Positions 9,483 to 19,613 of a stretch of DNA of 64,000 nucleotides are shown piece after piece. Position numbers and translations under genes: made by a program. The notes under the pieces were generated by a model. It made no database searches. It had not been told where the DNA came from and saw only the letters and a list, made by a program, of their open reading frames with translations. Numbering within the stretch: position 1 is the stretch's first letter; each line of letters starts with the position of its first letter. The DNA comes from a virus. Taxonomy: Duplodnaviria > Caudoviricetes. The DNA lies in IMG/VR virus record IMGVR_UViG_3300012020_000003, positions 46,556 to 110,555 of that record. One strand, given 5' to 3'.

Positions 9483-9953
9483 ATGAAACCAAAAATAGTC
9501 ATTAATATTGGCATACCAGCGTCTGGAAAATCGACCTGTTCTGCTGCCATGGTTGAAGACCCTACATGGGTTAAGACTGGTCGAGATGATTTTCGATACA
9601 TGTTAACAGATAAAGGAGTATGTTCTGGAAAAATCGAACAAATTATTACAAAAATTCAGAGAAATTTGGTTTCTGAGTGTGTTAATTCCGGATTAAATGT
9701 GATTATTGATAACTGCAACTGTAACTACAATCATATCATATCGTGGAAAGAATTGGTTGGTGAAACGGCTGACGTTTTTTATAGGCTCTTTCGGATGCCA
9801 GTAGAAGCTGCTATAATTATTGATAGCAGGCGAGTCAGATCGGTTGGGCCAGATGTTATTAAAAAATTTAATGGCATGCTTGCAGCACTAGATTTCGATA
9901 AAATTCATAAATTTGGAATTAAAAATTTTGATCAATATGATGAACATCACTGA
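9483..9953 (+). CDS. Polynucleotide kinase (PseT kinase domain only)
   Basis: GIPASGKST P-loop, RDDFR and IIDN motifs; adjacent to RNA ligase. Confidence 0.8.
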   Translation: MKPKIVINIGIPASGKSTCSAAMVEDPTWVKTGRDDFRYMLTDKGVCSGKIEQIITKIQRNLVSECVNSGLNVIIDNCNCNYNHIISWKELVGETADVFYRLFRMPVEAAIIIDSRRVRSVGPDVIKKFNGMLAALDFDKIHKFGIKNFDQYDEHH

Positions 9954-10292
9954 CATACTAATAACTTATATGGGCAAAGAATTATCAATTGCCGATTTCG
10001 TGAATTATTATAAAAATCCATCGAAATTTGACAAGATTGAATTAATTGGAGCATTGGTGTACATAGTCTCAGGAATAAACCGAATAGACTTGCTAAATGA
10101 AGATTATGACAGTATCGATGATTTGATGCAAGTAGCCCAAACCAATCCAGAATTGGTGAATTTTATGGTCTTAAATTTAATTTATATGCGTGATCTAACG
10201 ATGGTTCCGGAGTCAATCGTAACTCTATTCGAAACTGATGACGAAGACGAAAAATATGATTCACTGTATGAATTTTTAAGATTAATACAATA

Positions 10293-10793
10293 ATGCACGA
10301 CCAGCCCGATTACATTTTAATTAAAACCAAACATGGTTATTTACTGTCTGGATCTGGGTCATTTAATAACCGTGGATTATTTTATTGTGCTAGAAGAGAT
10401 ATACTCTTCCGAAGCGATCGCTGCGATGTGAATTGTTGTTTTGGCGATTTCCATATTATAGCAATGGAAAAACAATTGGATTTCTCTAAGTTGTCAAATA
10501 TCGAACACGCTAGAATATCTTATTTTAAGCCGGATGAATGGGCCAAACGAGATTTTCCGTTGCCAAGGAAATATACAACCCGTGGAATCCAACCATATCG
10601 AGAGCGTCGGCAACCGTATAAAGGATTTAAAAAATTTAATGATGCGTATATTAAAGGATTCACCCGGGCATTACAAATATGCGGATTAAATATTTCCAAT
10701 ATGCATGGTTATTGGCCTGTAAAAATTATTACTAATGACCAGTCGTTACCGGTTATTAAAGATGGCAAAATTCAAATTTTACAAATATTATGA
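10293..10793 (+). CDS. Hypothetical protein
   Basis: ORF within operon (TAATG coupling). Confidence 0.55.
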   Translation: MHDQPDYILIKTKHGYLLSGSGSFNNRGLFYCARRDILFRSDRCDVNCCFGDFHIIAMEKQLDFSKLSNIEHARISYFKPDEWAKRDFPLPRKYTTRGIQPYRERRQPYKGFKKFNDAYIKGFTRALQICGLNISNMHGYWPVKIITNDQSLPVIKDGKIQILQIL

Positions 10794-10988
10794 ATTATCT
10801 CGAAGCCAGAATGAAAGCGTTGACAGTTCCATGGAAAACAGTGCCATGTGGTACACCAAATTGCTGGTGCTTAATGATCTATCCCGACAGTTCGATATTT
10901 TTTGATGATGAAGAAGAGTATTACATCATTGGATCGGGTGGGGTACATTCTGAAATTGCCAACCATATTGTAGCATGTCATAATAATA

Positions 10989-11050
10989 TGTTAAATAAAA
11001 GTTAAACTGCATTAAATTATTTATTTTTTGAATTATTTACTTTATTTTTG
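10989..11050 (+). promoter_or_regulatory. Promoter with direct-repeat box
   Basis: TGTTAA 10989, AGTTAA 11000, 37-nt gap, TATTTTTG 11043-11050. Confidence 0.7.
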
Positions 11051-11072
11051 TAAGGTAATTAAAAATAAAAAA

Positions 11073-11588
11073 ATGAATAAGGTTAGTAAACTTTTTAACA
11101 TAATGAGGCCTATCCAGGTAAATCTAGATATCGATTTTGGAGGCACCATTAACGCAGGCGGATGCGCAGTGTTTGCTTATTTATTGGCACAAAAATTAGA
11201 ACAAAATAAAATACCATTTAAATGGGTAATATATTATTCCGGATGGCAATCCAAAATACAATCGTTTTCAGACTTATACCATCTGTTGCAAACGAATAGT
11301 TCAAATCCATCTAACGTGGAGGATTGTATAGCTGTTCATGTTGCTATTAAAGTTGGAAACTTTGTAATAGATGGTAAAGAAACTTTATCAGAACGTTCAA
11401 GCTTTAATAAATGGAAAACGGCGTGGCGTGCTGTAAAATACGAATTCGTTGCACCAACAGAATTATTTACCGCTACGGTGTTCAATTCCAATTGGAATAC
11501 TATATACTACGATTATACCGAACGACGCAACGTACTTAAAATTCAACGTACACTTGATCAATATTTTAAATATTTTATAACGCTTTAA
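11073..11588 (+). CDS. Hypothetical protein, possible papain-like Cys-His fold
   Basis: NAGGCAVFA helix and later HV..K....ID; start moved downstream of the promoter. Confidence 0.45.
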   Translation: MNKVSKLFNIMRPIQVNLDIDFGGTINAGGCAVFAYLLAQKLEQNKIPFKWVIYYSGWQSKIQSFSDLYHLLQTNSSNPSNVEDCIAVHVAIKVGNFVIDGKETLSERSSFNKWKTAWRAVKYEFVAPTELFTATVFNSNWNTIYYDYTERRNVLKIQRTLDQYFKYFITL

Positions 11589-11598
11589 ATTTATATAA

Positions 11599-11934
11599 AT
11601 GGCAACTACATTTTTAATTATGTTCTATCTTTTTATTTTTGTAATGTTAGGAATACATACATACGAAAAGATTAAATATCGAACGTGGAAGATTTCCGAA
11701 AGATTACCTAAAGAAGATATGGTAGTATTGTGGTTTCCAGAAGATGCTTCCGAACCACTTGAGGGATGGCATGCTGGCGGAACTGGTGATGTTTTAATTA
11801 TGCAAGATGTAGGATATCCCACAAATGTCAAATATGAATTGAGTCATTTTTCACACTGGCGTAGATTCCCAGCATCAGACCATGTCACCGAAGTTGGGCG
11901 GAAGATTAGATCTACTAATCCAGAATTGTTTTAA
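11599..11934 (+). CDS. Membrane-anchored DUF551-like protein
   Basis: N-terminal TM segment, WKISERLP...VVLW and SHWRRFP motifs. Confidence 0.5.
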   Translation: MATTFLIMFYLFIFVMLGIHTYEKIKYRTWKISERLPKEDMVVLWFPEDASEPLEGWHAGGTGDVLIMQDVGYPTNVKYELSHFSHWRRFPASDHVTEVGRKIRSTNPELF

Positions 11935-12373
11935 GGTGATAATCCATAATGATGTTGAGTTAGCTGATGCTAAATTAGCAATACAACAATACGAAGGTAC
12001 TAAGAGATTAGAATCATGGTCAAGGATGCATGCACAATCGAAACGTATGCAGGAAGCATGTACTACTATCATTGGACATATATGGAAGCCAGCAACCACC
12101 AATAAATATAGTAATCCTGGCGAGAAGTATTGTATTGTATGTTTGCTTAGTGTCGGATCCGAAGAAACTGGTTAAAAGTTCATCACTATTAATAAACAGT
12201 ATAATGAAATTAATGGAATTATTATTAGGAAAATACAAAACACCTAAATGTGATCATCCCGACATTATAGTTGAGATTAGGCGAATTCCTATTAAAAAGG
12301 GTCCTGGACATATACCATACCGAGAAACGGTGGTCACTAAACGTTGCAAAATTTGCAAACAAATAATTGAGTA

Positions 12374-12826
12374 ATGAAAAGTATTATAGCAACATCTAAA
12401 TATCTTTTTGACCGAGTCTTCGACAAATATAGTATCGAAGAAGCTGATGATAGGTGTTTCATATCAATTTTAGATGAAGATGAAGAGTCCGCAATTGATA
12501 CTGACTCAGATAATTTTCTACAAGTCAGAATGTGGGATATCGAACGTGACGTGAAGAATCTTGATGGTATAAAATATAGAAAACCGCCGGATGATGCCTT
12601 AAAGTCTATAATTGATTTCGTCTATAAACATCGCGATACACAAACCTTTATTGTGCATTGTAGCTTAGGAGTATCGAGATCCGGAGCGGTAGCTGAATAT
12701 ATTAGAGATAAATACTATGATGATGTCAATCAACAGAAATTTAACGAAGACAATAAATTTATTTTACCAAATAAATATATCAAAACCAGACTTGCAGAAT
12801 TAGATAACCAATTAAATAAACAGTGA
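12374..12826 (+). CDS. Dual-specificity/tyrosine protein phosphatase
   Basis: VHCSLGVSRS CX5R signature and downstream PN motif. Confidence 0.85.
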   Translation: MKSIIATSKYLFDRVFDKYSIEEADDRCFISILDEDEESAIDTDSDNFLQVRMWDIERDVKNLDGIKYRKPPDDALKSIIDFVYKHRDTQTFIVHCSLGVSRSGAVAEYIRDKYYDDVNQQKFNEDNKFILPNKYIKTRLAELDNQLNKQ

Positions 12827-13154
12827 TATGTCGTTTGAAAAAGGAGATAAGGTTTGTTATTGCCCGCCGTTTAAAGACTCACATGACTATAGAAATGGTA
12901 TAGTAAAATCCCGATATGATACCACTGACAAATATTTTGTGGCATTTTACACCGAAAATGCAGAAACGCCAGTACCACAAATAGTCAGCGGGAAGCATTT
13001 GAAAATGGGATGGCAAATTAGTATAAGCTCAGAATGAACGGAGAAATAAATGATTTGGAATATCGGAAGTTGGTGTCTAAGATGAAGCTTGGAAAAGTTC
13101 ACGTAAAGACAATATATACAAATTTCTAGATCTTTTTAATTTCTAAACAATAGA

Positions 13155-13216
13155 TGTTAATGTTTTGTTAATGCTGATAAAAATGCCATTATAATGAATA
13201 TAATATATTACCTTTG
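13155..13216 (+). promoter_or_regulatory. Promoter with direct-repeat box
   Basis: TGTTAA 13155 and 13166, 37-nt gap, TACCTTTG 13209-13216. Confidence 0.75.
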
Positions 13217-13239
13217 TAAGGTAAATAAAAATAAATATT

Positions 13240-13632
13240 ATGATACATTTAACTGTAGATGGCAAATTTCAAACTGAAGCGGAAGCTGTGGCTAATGTAA
13301 TGTCACAGCAAATTTCAAAACTCATTCCATATAATGGCCGCTTTCCGGTTTGCGTTAAAATGCAGTTGAGAAAGAATAAGATGTCATATGGTGTACAATT
13401 TTGGACTCGTGATCAGATATCATTTGGTACAATTACGAATTCAGATGGATCCAAAGCAATTTTATGTAAACGCCCAACAAAAGACATTGTCGATGAAACT
13501 TACAATGTACATACTGAGTTGGTTGCATTATTAAAGGAATGCAGGGATTTGTTAGTATTGTGTACTTTACTGGACAAATCAGGACAATGCCACAATCTAG
13601 TTAATAAAATTGATATAAGATTTAATTGGTGA
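13240..13632 (+). CDS. Hypothetical protein
   Basis: First ORF after the promoter. Confidence 0.6.
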   Translation: MIHLTVDGKFQTEAEAVANVMSQQISKLIPYNGRFPVCVKMQLRKNKMSYGVQFWTRDQISFGTITNSDGSKAILCKRPTKDIVDETYNVHTELVALLKECRDLLVLCTLLDKSGQCHNLVNKIDIRFNW

Positions 13633-13637
13633 TATAA

Positions 13638-13928
13638 ATGGATAACATACCAAATGGTAATTTAAGGAATTTATGGTACCGTCCAGAAACAATGCGACCA
13701 AATCTAGGTGAAAAGGTTTTAGTTGAAAGACAGGTAGGTGGCGAAATAGATTATGATGTTGCGATTTATGCAATTTCGGAAAATGATAAGCGGAAACATG
13801 GGTTTTTTATAAATTCAAATTCGTATTTAAAACTTCCTGAATATGTCATGTCTCGACAAGCTTTACAATTTTATAATATTACTGCTTGGACTCCAATAAT
13901 ACCGAGTAAATTTAAAACAAAGGTGTAA
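13638..13928 (+). CDS. DUF551-like hypothetical protein
   Basis: W..PE..RP..GEKVLV ... ITAWTPI pattern. Confidence 0.5.
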   Translation: MDNIPNGNLRNLWYRPETMRPNLGEKVLVERQVGGEIDYDVAIYAISENDKRKHGFFINSNSYLKLPEYVMSRQALQFYNITAWTPIIPSKFKTKV

Positions 13929-14309
13929 TATGCAAATAGGCGATTTTAATATTAGGTACAATGAACTCCATCCTGATGTATGTTATGCATATGAACTTTT
14001 GATGATTCCAACACCGAGAAATATTCAATGTTTACAATGGATGGCGGAGAAACATTTTTAACATCGGTAACTGATATAAATGGTGAAATGAAATCAATAA
14101 AAATCAAATTCGTTGATACATTCCATTCAACTGAAGAAGGTATTACAGCGATATCACTAATACCGATGGTCATGGTGTGTTCAAACAATATGATATAACC
14201 GAATGCCAAGCTTGGATCGACTATTAACGGTCTATCCTAAAATGGCCAGGTTAAAACTTATAGCAAATACAATGAAAGGTAAACCACTAAAGGGTAATTC
14301 AGAGCAGGG

Positions 14310-14337
14310 GTATTCCAGCAAAAGTATTCCAGCAAAA
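14310..14337 (+). repeat. Tandem repeat GTATTCCAGCAAAA x2 in the strand-convergence gap
   Basis: Two adjacent 14-bp copies read directly. Confidence 0.8.
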
Positions 14338-14503
14338 AGAGTTTAACAGCAATTTGAAAAATTGACTTGCGTAAAAAATACACAATGTGGCCCCAAAACA
14401 ATGATATTATATATAAGTACATACAGTATATTAGGGGTGTACTGCTAGTATTATACATTTACTGTATATGTACATACATGTACCCGTGACTTCTTTTTAA
14501 CCT

Positions 14504-14932
14504 TTAATTATTAAGCCTTGTTGTAGGTTGCTCCTTCATAAAGTCCAGGACTGAATCAATATAATTATCATTAGACACCATGCAATGTTGTATGAAAGCA
14601 GGTAATAAGTTGTTCCAAAGCTTAAAGCTGCGTCTTACTAATTCAAGATCCGTAGTACGGTGATGTAATATTTCTAAGTCATGGTAACCATCCTTGATCC
14701 GTAGATCTATATAACCTTCTTCAGATGTTGTTGGGATATAGAATAATAAAGTCAGTGTTTGATAATTTATTACAGACCTATTAACAAGATCAGTACTGAA
14801 TGATCTTGTTATAACAAGATCAGTACTGAATGATCTAATGTGTAACAGATCTAGTCTATCTGCTTTGATAATCCTTTCTATTAAATCAATTGCTCGACTT
14901 ATATATTGTTCAGGTGTTTGTTTATTATTCAT
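14504..14932 (-). CDS. Hypothetical protein with an internal 10-codon-period duplication
   Basis: RSFSTDLV occurs twice; 25-bp DNA repeat with period 30 at 14782-14836. Confidence 0.55.
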   Translation of the reverse strand: MNNKQTPEQYISRAIDLIERIIKADRLDLLHIRSFSTDLVITRSFSTDLVNRSVINYQTLTLLFYIPTTSEEGYIDLRIKDGYHDLEILHHRTTDLELVRRSFKLWNNLLPAFIQHCMVSNDNYIDSVLDFMKEQPTTRLNN

Positions 14933-14972
14933 TTTAACATTGTTTTCCTTAACGCTGTTGCATTTTATTATA

Positions 14973-15025
14973 TAAGTTAATAAAATATACAGTTTAATAA
15001 AAATAACTCATTAGAATCGAGATAT
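14973..15025 (+). repeat. 53-bp element, inverted copy of 42736-42788
   Basis: TAAGTTAATAAAATATACAGTTTAATAAAAATAACTCATTAgAATCgAGATAT; 51/53 identical to the reverse complement of 42736-42788. Confidence 0.9.
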
Positions 15026-15030
15026 ATTAA

Positions 15031-15360
15031 TCATTGGAATTTATTTATACACCAGTTAATAAAATCTAGTCTAACTTGTCTATTGATTTGACGATCATCA
15101 TAAGGAGATCTTACAACTTGTAAGGTGATCCTGACAAACAAAGCCCCAAATTGATCTTTTGCATCTGCCGATATAGTATGGGATTTATTGCCAGACTCAG
15201 CTAAGAACAGCTTAGCAAACAGTTGACATTTTTTTCTAAAATAAGGTTTATCCCACCATTCAGCGAATATGTTTGACCCATTGCATAAATATGATTCTCC
15301 TATAGCCTGTTCAAATTCAGACTTAATCTGCAACCAGAATTCTTTTTGTGTAAAATCCAT
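15031..15360 (-). CDS. Paralog family protein (FW..K.EF / C / R..RLDFINWCI)
   Basis: Shares motifs with ORFs 15360-15755 and 25698-26018. Confidence 0.7.
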   Translation of the reverse strand: MDFTQKEFWLQIKSEFEQAIGESYLCNGSNIFAEWWDKPYFRKKCQLFAKLFLAESGNKSHTISADAKDQFGALFVRITLQVVRSPYDDRQINRQVRLDFINWCINKFQ

Positions 15361-15755
15361 TATTTAGTTTCTAATTTATTTATACACCAGTTAATAAAAT
15401 CTAATCTAACTTGTCTATTGTATTCGTCACGTTCGTTTGCCTTGTCAAGGGATGTTTTATATTCAACGGATTTATATATTTTATCCATTAATGCCACGCT
15501 GCAGCTAAATAAAATTCCCCCAGCATCTTTACTATAATCTGGTGCAGTATAAAAATCATTACCTGTTTCCTGTAAGAACTGGTTAGCTAACGAGCAACAT
15601 TGTGCTCTAAACCGTGAGCCCGAATGACTGAAAATGCACCATTCGGATTTGAAGGTCTCTGAAGCATAACATATATATATTTCTTTTGTAGACTGTTCAA
15701 ATTCAGCTTTAACTTTTTGCCAGAATTCTAGACTATTTGCTGGATTGTTGATCAT
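15360..15755 (-). CDS. Paralog family protein
   Basis: C-terminal NRQVRLDFINWCINK identical to that of its neighbour. Confidence 0.7.
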   Translation of the reverse strand: MINNPANSLEFWQKVKAEFEQSTKEIYICYASETFKSEWCIFSHSGSRFRAQCCSLANQFLQETGNDFYTAPDYSKDAGGILFSCSVALMDKIYKSVEYKTSLDKANERDEYNRQVRLDFINWCINKLETK

Positions 15756-15995
15756 TGATAAATTTAGTTATATGTGATTTAACATCTTCTAATATTTCTA
15801 GTCTAGTTTCAAGTATTAATAAATTCTTTTCATCTGTGTAATAATATGATGGTGGCGATAACCAATAACCATCTATCGTGGCATTCAGTAATTCCTTGTT
15901 GATATAACGCAATGGTTTCATCTATTGCTTTAAAGACTGCTAATTGTTGCTTTTCAATTCTTGTTGACATTTTATTTATATTTTTAATTACCCAA

Positions 15996-16057
15996 CAAAG
16001 TTATGGTATTTAATAATATGAAAATGAATAATGATCATTATTAACAAATCATTAACA
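15996..16057 (-). promoter_or_regulatory. Promoter with direct-repeat box
   Basis: On + strand: CAAAGTTA 15996-16003, 37-nt gap, TTAACA 16041 and 16052. Confidence 0.75.
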
Positions 16058-16085
16058 TATTGCGAAAATTTCCACAATGTGGTAT

Positions 16086-16667
16086 TTATTTATTAGTAAA
16101 CGTCTGAAATATTTGCATTGATATCATTAATGGTTTATGGCCTTTAAATACGTTTGGATTGATCATGATTTTATTATCTCCCAATAGACATACAATGCCC
16201 AACCGATAGAGTTTGTCAATAAATGGTTTGAACGTAATATACTCCTGCTGCAGACTTTGACTTAATTGCAATGCATTAAACATGTTGTATATTTCTCTTC
16301 TTGGATATATTGCTTCAATAATTAACTCCAATAGATCTAATTCGTCTGGCGATAGTCTAAGCTTTAATTTTCTATTTAACTTATCCTTGTATGAATCATG
16401 ACAAAATGTTTCAGCATTCTCTTCAATCCAATCTAGATCTTCCTGAGTTAATTTAAACCATTCTCCGTTAAGTCTTTGCTCTTTAAATTTTAAATGTAAA
16501 GATTTCTCAGATAGATTCATATTATGAACTTCGTATATCTTTTGGTAATCATTCTTTTGATTACTACTTCCGTTGATATTTTTGACTCGTTGTTCTGGAT
16601 TTGATGATAGACCTATTTTGAAAATATTGGTTTCTGTTGATCCAGTGATGTAGATGAATTGTTTCAT
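16086..16667 (-). CDS. GIY-YIG-like T5orf172 domain fused to a RepL-like winged helix
   Basis: FIYI..., FKIGLS.NPEQRV, E..LH..F...R..GEWF; C-terminal L...G.....IMINP.VFKG. Confidence 0.75.
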   Translation of the reverse strand: MKQFIYITGSTETNIFKIGLSSNPEQRVKNINGSSNQKNDYQKIYEVHNMNLSEKSLHLKFKEQRLNGEWFKLTQEDLDWIEENAETFCHDSYKDKLNRKLKLRLSPDELDLLELIIEAIYPRREIYNMFNALQLSQSLQQEYITFKPFIDKLYRLGIVCLLGDNKIMINPNVFKGHKPLMISMQIFQTFTNK

Positions 16668-16743
16668 TATCGCTTTCCTATATAGATTTGTATAACTTTT
16701 ATAACAAATTTTGTTATGTTTCTTATATTATAATATAAACTTA

Positions 16744-17166
16744 TTAGACCATTTCGTATTTCAATGTCAAATTAAGGACTTTTTCTCTGCCTATGTCCGA
16801 ACCATAAAAGAATAGTCTGGGATTTAAATATAATATATTGTCAATTTTAACTATAATGTTCTTCGCAATCAGTCTACCTAAATTAACATTGAAAGTTGAG
16901 TCTTTGATATTAGCTGTAGCAGCAATAATCTTGCGTCGACCAGTATTAATCATCAATTCATTTGTTTCGTAATCAACGAATTGTAATGAAGCTAATATTA
17001 TAGATTGTTCGGCGCCAGTACATTTTGCCAATTTGCATATATCAGCAACATAGGTTCTCATGAACTTTTCCTGAGTAACTGTCTTTTTAATTATGCGCTG
17101 AGACTCTTGGATTTCTCCAGTTTCGAAATTCATTTTAACACTTTCGTAAATTGTTTTCTTATTCAT
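16744..17166 (-). CDS. RepL-like winged-helix DNA-binding/replication protein
   Basis: ETGEI N-terminal motif, HTH, L...NII....LYLNPRLFFYG wing typical of RepL-like proteins. Confidence 0.6.
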   Translation of the reverse strand: MNKKTIYESVKMNFETGEIQESQRIIKKTVTQEKFMRTYVADICKLAKCTGAEQSIILASLQFVDYETNELMINTGRRKIIAATANIKDSTFNVNLGRLIAKNIIVKIDNILYLNPRLFFYGSDIGREKVLNLTLKYEMV

Positions 17167-17480
17167 TTAATACTCCTTTTATAATAATATATAGTTTTAT
17201 TAAATGAATTTATATAAGAATCGTTTAGTATAAATTAAGGTTCTTTGATTATAAGTTAAGTAACATATATTTTGACAAAATACAACCTATTGACAATCAA
17301 TGAGTTAAATAAAATCGCTATATTATATATCTTAGTATCAGACAATATTTATTTCACAAACTCTTTATCAATGGTTTTCTTTATAGGTACCTAGACTTCG
17401 TCCAGTTACGGGGTAGAAATATAAAATTTCCACCCATTTCCTAATATTATTGTACTTTCAAGTCTGAGAGAAATAACAAA

Positions 17481-17915
17481 TTAAAATCTAATAGCTTTCC
17501 TTAACATCTTTTTTACTTCTATTAAGTGTTTACGATTGTCATAAATACCCATTAGTTCGTAAGTTGCAGAATTACCATTTCTAGTTACTGTCTTTGTTAT
17601 GACATTATCTTCAAAAAATCTGCTTTGACAATCACATAACCAATTAATATTATCCGATTTCATTGACGAAGACAGTAATGCCATAGTATGATATCGTTTC
17701 GTAACTTGTATTACTAAACCAGGATGCTGTAAACCACTTACAAATATAACATCTCCAATCCTTAATTTATCTGTAGCTATTTCAGGTTTAATCTGAACTT
17801 TAGAGATCAAAGCTTTAATTTCAGCATTGGTCCAACTATCCTTAATATCAATTATATCTTTGATAATTTTATTTTTTTGGGTCATTGGAAGTACGTGGAT
17901 GTCTTGAAGTGTCAT
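17481..17915 (-). CDS. Hypothetical protein
   Basis: ORF coupled to the upstream gene. Confidence 0.6.
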   Translation of the reverse strand: MTLQDIHVLPMTQKNKIIKDIIDIKDSWTNAEIKALISKVQIKPEIATDKLRIGDVIFVSGLQHPGLVIQVTKRYHTMALLSSSMKSDNINWLCDCQSRFFEDNVITKTVTRNGNSATYELMGIYDNRKHLIEVKKMLRKAIRF

Positions 17916-18229
17916 ACTGGCTTATATTTTTCAATTAATTCATTGATATATTCTAGTCTAGGCTTGAATTCATAGGGTTTGAAATAATATGCTGTATTGG
18001 AAGATTGAACATATAATGAAACCCATACTAGGTCAAGATCACTAAGATAACGACGTCTATTCATCTTTAAGACATATTCAAGAATATCATGTTCAGTTAA
18101 GGTGAAAATACAATAAAGACGATTAATTAATGCACATAACCCAGGCGCTTGCATACTTTGGAAATGTTCAATAAATACATCCTTAAATTTAATTAAGGTA
18201 TCATATATTTCTTGGTCTGAATATTGCAT
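17912..18229 (-). CDS. Hypothetical protein (distant member of the paralog family)
   Basis: GLC motif and C-terminal PRLEYINELIEK. Confidence 0.55.
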   Translation of the reverse strand: MQYSDQEIYDTLIKFKDVFIEHFQSMQAPGLCALINRLYCIFTLTEHDILEYVLKMNRRRYLSDLDLVWVSLYVQSSNTAYYFKPYEFKPRLEYINELIEKYKPV

Positions 18230-18232
18230 AAT

Positions 18233-18354
18233 TTATAATGTTGTTATAACCCAATTAACAAAATCAATCCTTACCTGACGATGTAATACGTCAAATTCAG
18301 GCTTTTTGCAACAAATAATATATTAAAGCCTTTGTTCCTGCTATCCATAACCAT
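18233..18354 (-). pseudogene. Frameshifted remnant of the RQVRLDFINWCI family
   Basis: Minus strand encodes KPEFDVLHRQVRIDFVNWVITTL* out of frame with the upstream ATG. Confidence 0.6.
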
Positions 18355-18585
18355 ATTAATTTACTACATGATATGAATAAAGCCATCCACAGTCATCATC
18401 TTCATATAGATTTCTCATGACTGTAATACCGCGTTCTTTTAAAGGCATTGTATTAACAGATTCCCAATAATCAAAGCGTATTGTACGCTGGTCTTCATTA
18501 AAGGTTACCTGACGTTTTGGATACAATTCTGTAACTATTTTAACTATCTCTTCCCAATTCATTTATCTTTATTTTTAATACAATA

Positions 18586-18647
18586 CAAAGATACTACAAT
18601 ATTACGAAATTAATGTGAAAATAAGGGATTTTAACACAATTTTAACT
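18586..18647 (-). promoter_or_regulatory. Promoter with direct-repeat box
   Basis: CAAAGATA 18586-18593, 37-nt gap, TTAACA 18631, TTAACT 18642. Confidence 0.75.
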
Positions 18648-19029
18648 TCAGGAAAGACCAGTCTTTTTAAATAGGTAGTAAAAAAGTGCCAAAAACGCTT
18701 GACTTTTACTGGGGAGATTTGAAAATATTTTCACTAGGCTAAGCATAACCAAATAAAATTTGTTGCTATATATTGTCTACTGCATATAAGACTACTGAAT
18801 AATCACTATAATACAAAACTTAATTTGGTTTTATAATGTTCTTTGGCTTCAATAAGTCTATCTAAGCGTAATTTAAAGGTTTCTTTAAATATTTCCCTAT
18901 GACATAGTAAATGTCCTTCTTCAGGAAAATTTTCCAATTGATTTAATATCATTTCAGATACTTTTAGGTTGTTGTACCAAGTCTTACCGAACTTAAGTTG
19001 TGCTATTGGATTCATCTGTTATTTGTTGC

Positions 19030-19371
19030 AACATATATAGTTATGTATATATGTATATATGTTAATATGATAATCAATTAAGACAAGGACATATTATAAA
19101 AATAATTATATTATTATGAACCTGTTTAATACTCAACAAAGGTACTGAATAATACTGATATAACCTATTAATTATCAGTACTTTAACATAATTTTAACGT
19201 TTCAGAAATTGGTTAAAAGGAATCCAAATTCGTTAAAAAAATCCACATTGTGGCCCTGGTTTTCCCCTAAAATCCCCTGTAATCTCAACTCAGGAAATAT
19301 TGATTTTTCTATTTTCCCCACACAATAGATGAACATATATAGTTATGTATATATGTATATACGTTAATATG
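19030..19371. repeat. ~40-bp direct repeat AACATATATAGTTATGTATATATGTATATAyGTTAATATG, two copies ~300 bp apart
   Basis: Copies at ~19030-19069 and ~19332-19371. Confidence 0.85.
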
Positions 19372-19613
19372 CTGTGTTTATTCAATATCAATTACAGAAG
19401 ACTATCAAGTCCTGGGCAAGCTGCTTAGTTTGTTGCTATTATGTAACAGATATCTATTATAGAAACTATTAAAATAGATATAAGAATTGATCCAACACAA
19501 AGAGATTCTACGGGCATATCATTTGGTATATAATAACGATGTGTTACCTTTTTACCTTCTTGCATTGCTTGAATGGCCTCGACTTTGGTAAGATCTGTTT
19601 GTATGCCCATCTT

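Noticed and set aside
17290-17310. ATTGA-CAA-TCAAT palindrome as a dif/Xer or att site
   Set aside because: Short, AT-rich, no match to a 28-bp dif layout, and no integrase in the window; it cannot be supported from sequence alone.
14240-19400. CRISPR array or mini-array
   Set aside because: Repeats occur only 2-3 times with irregular spacing of hundreds to thousands of bp; there is no repeat-spacer periodicity and no cas gene.
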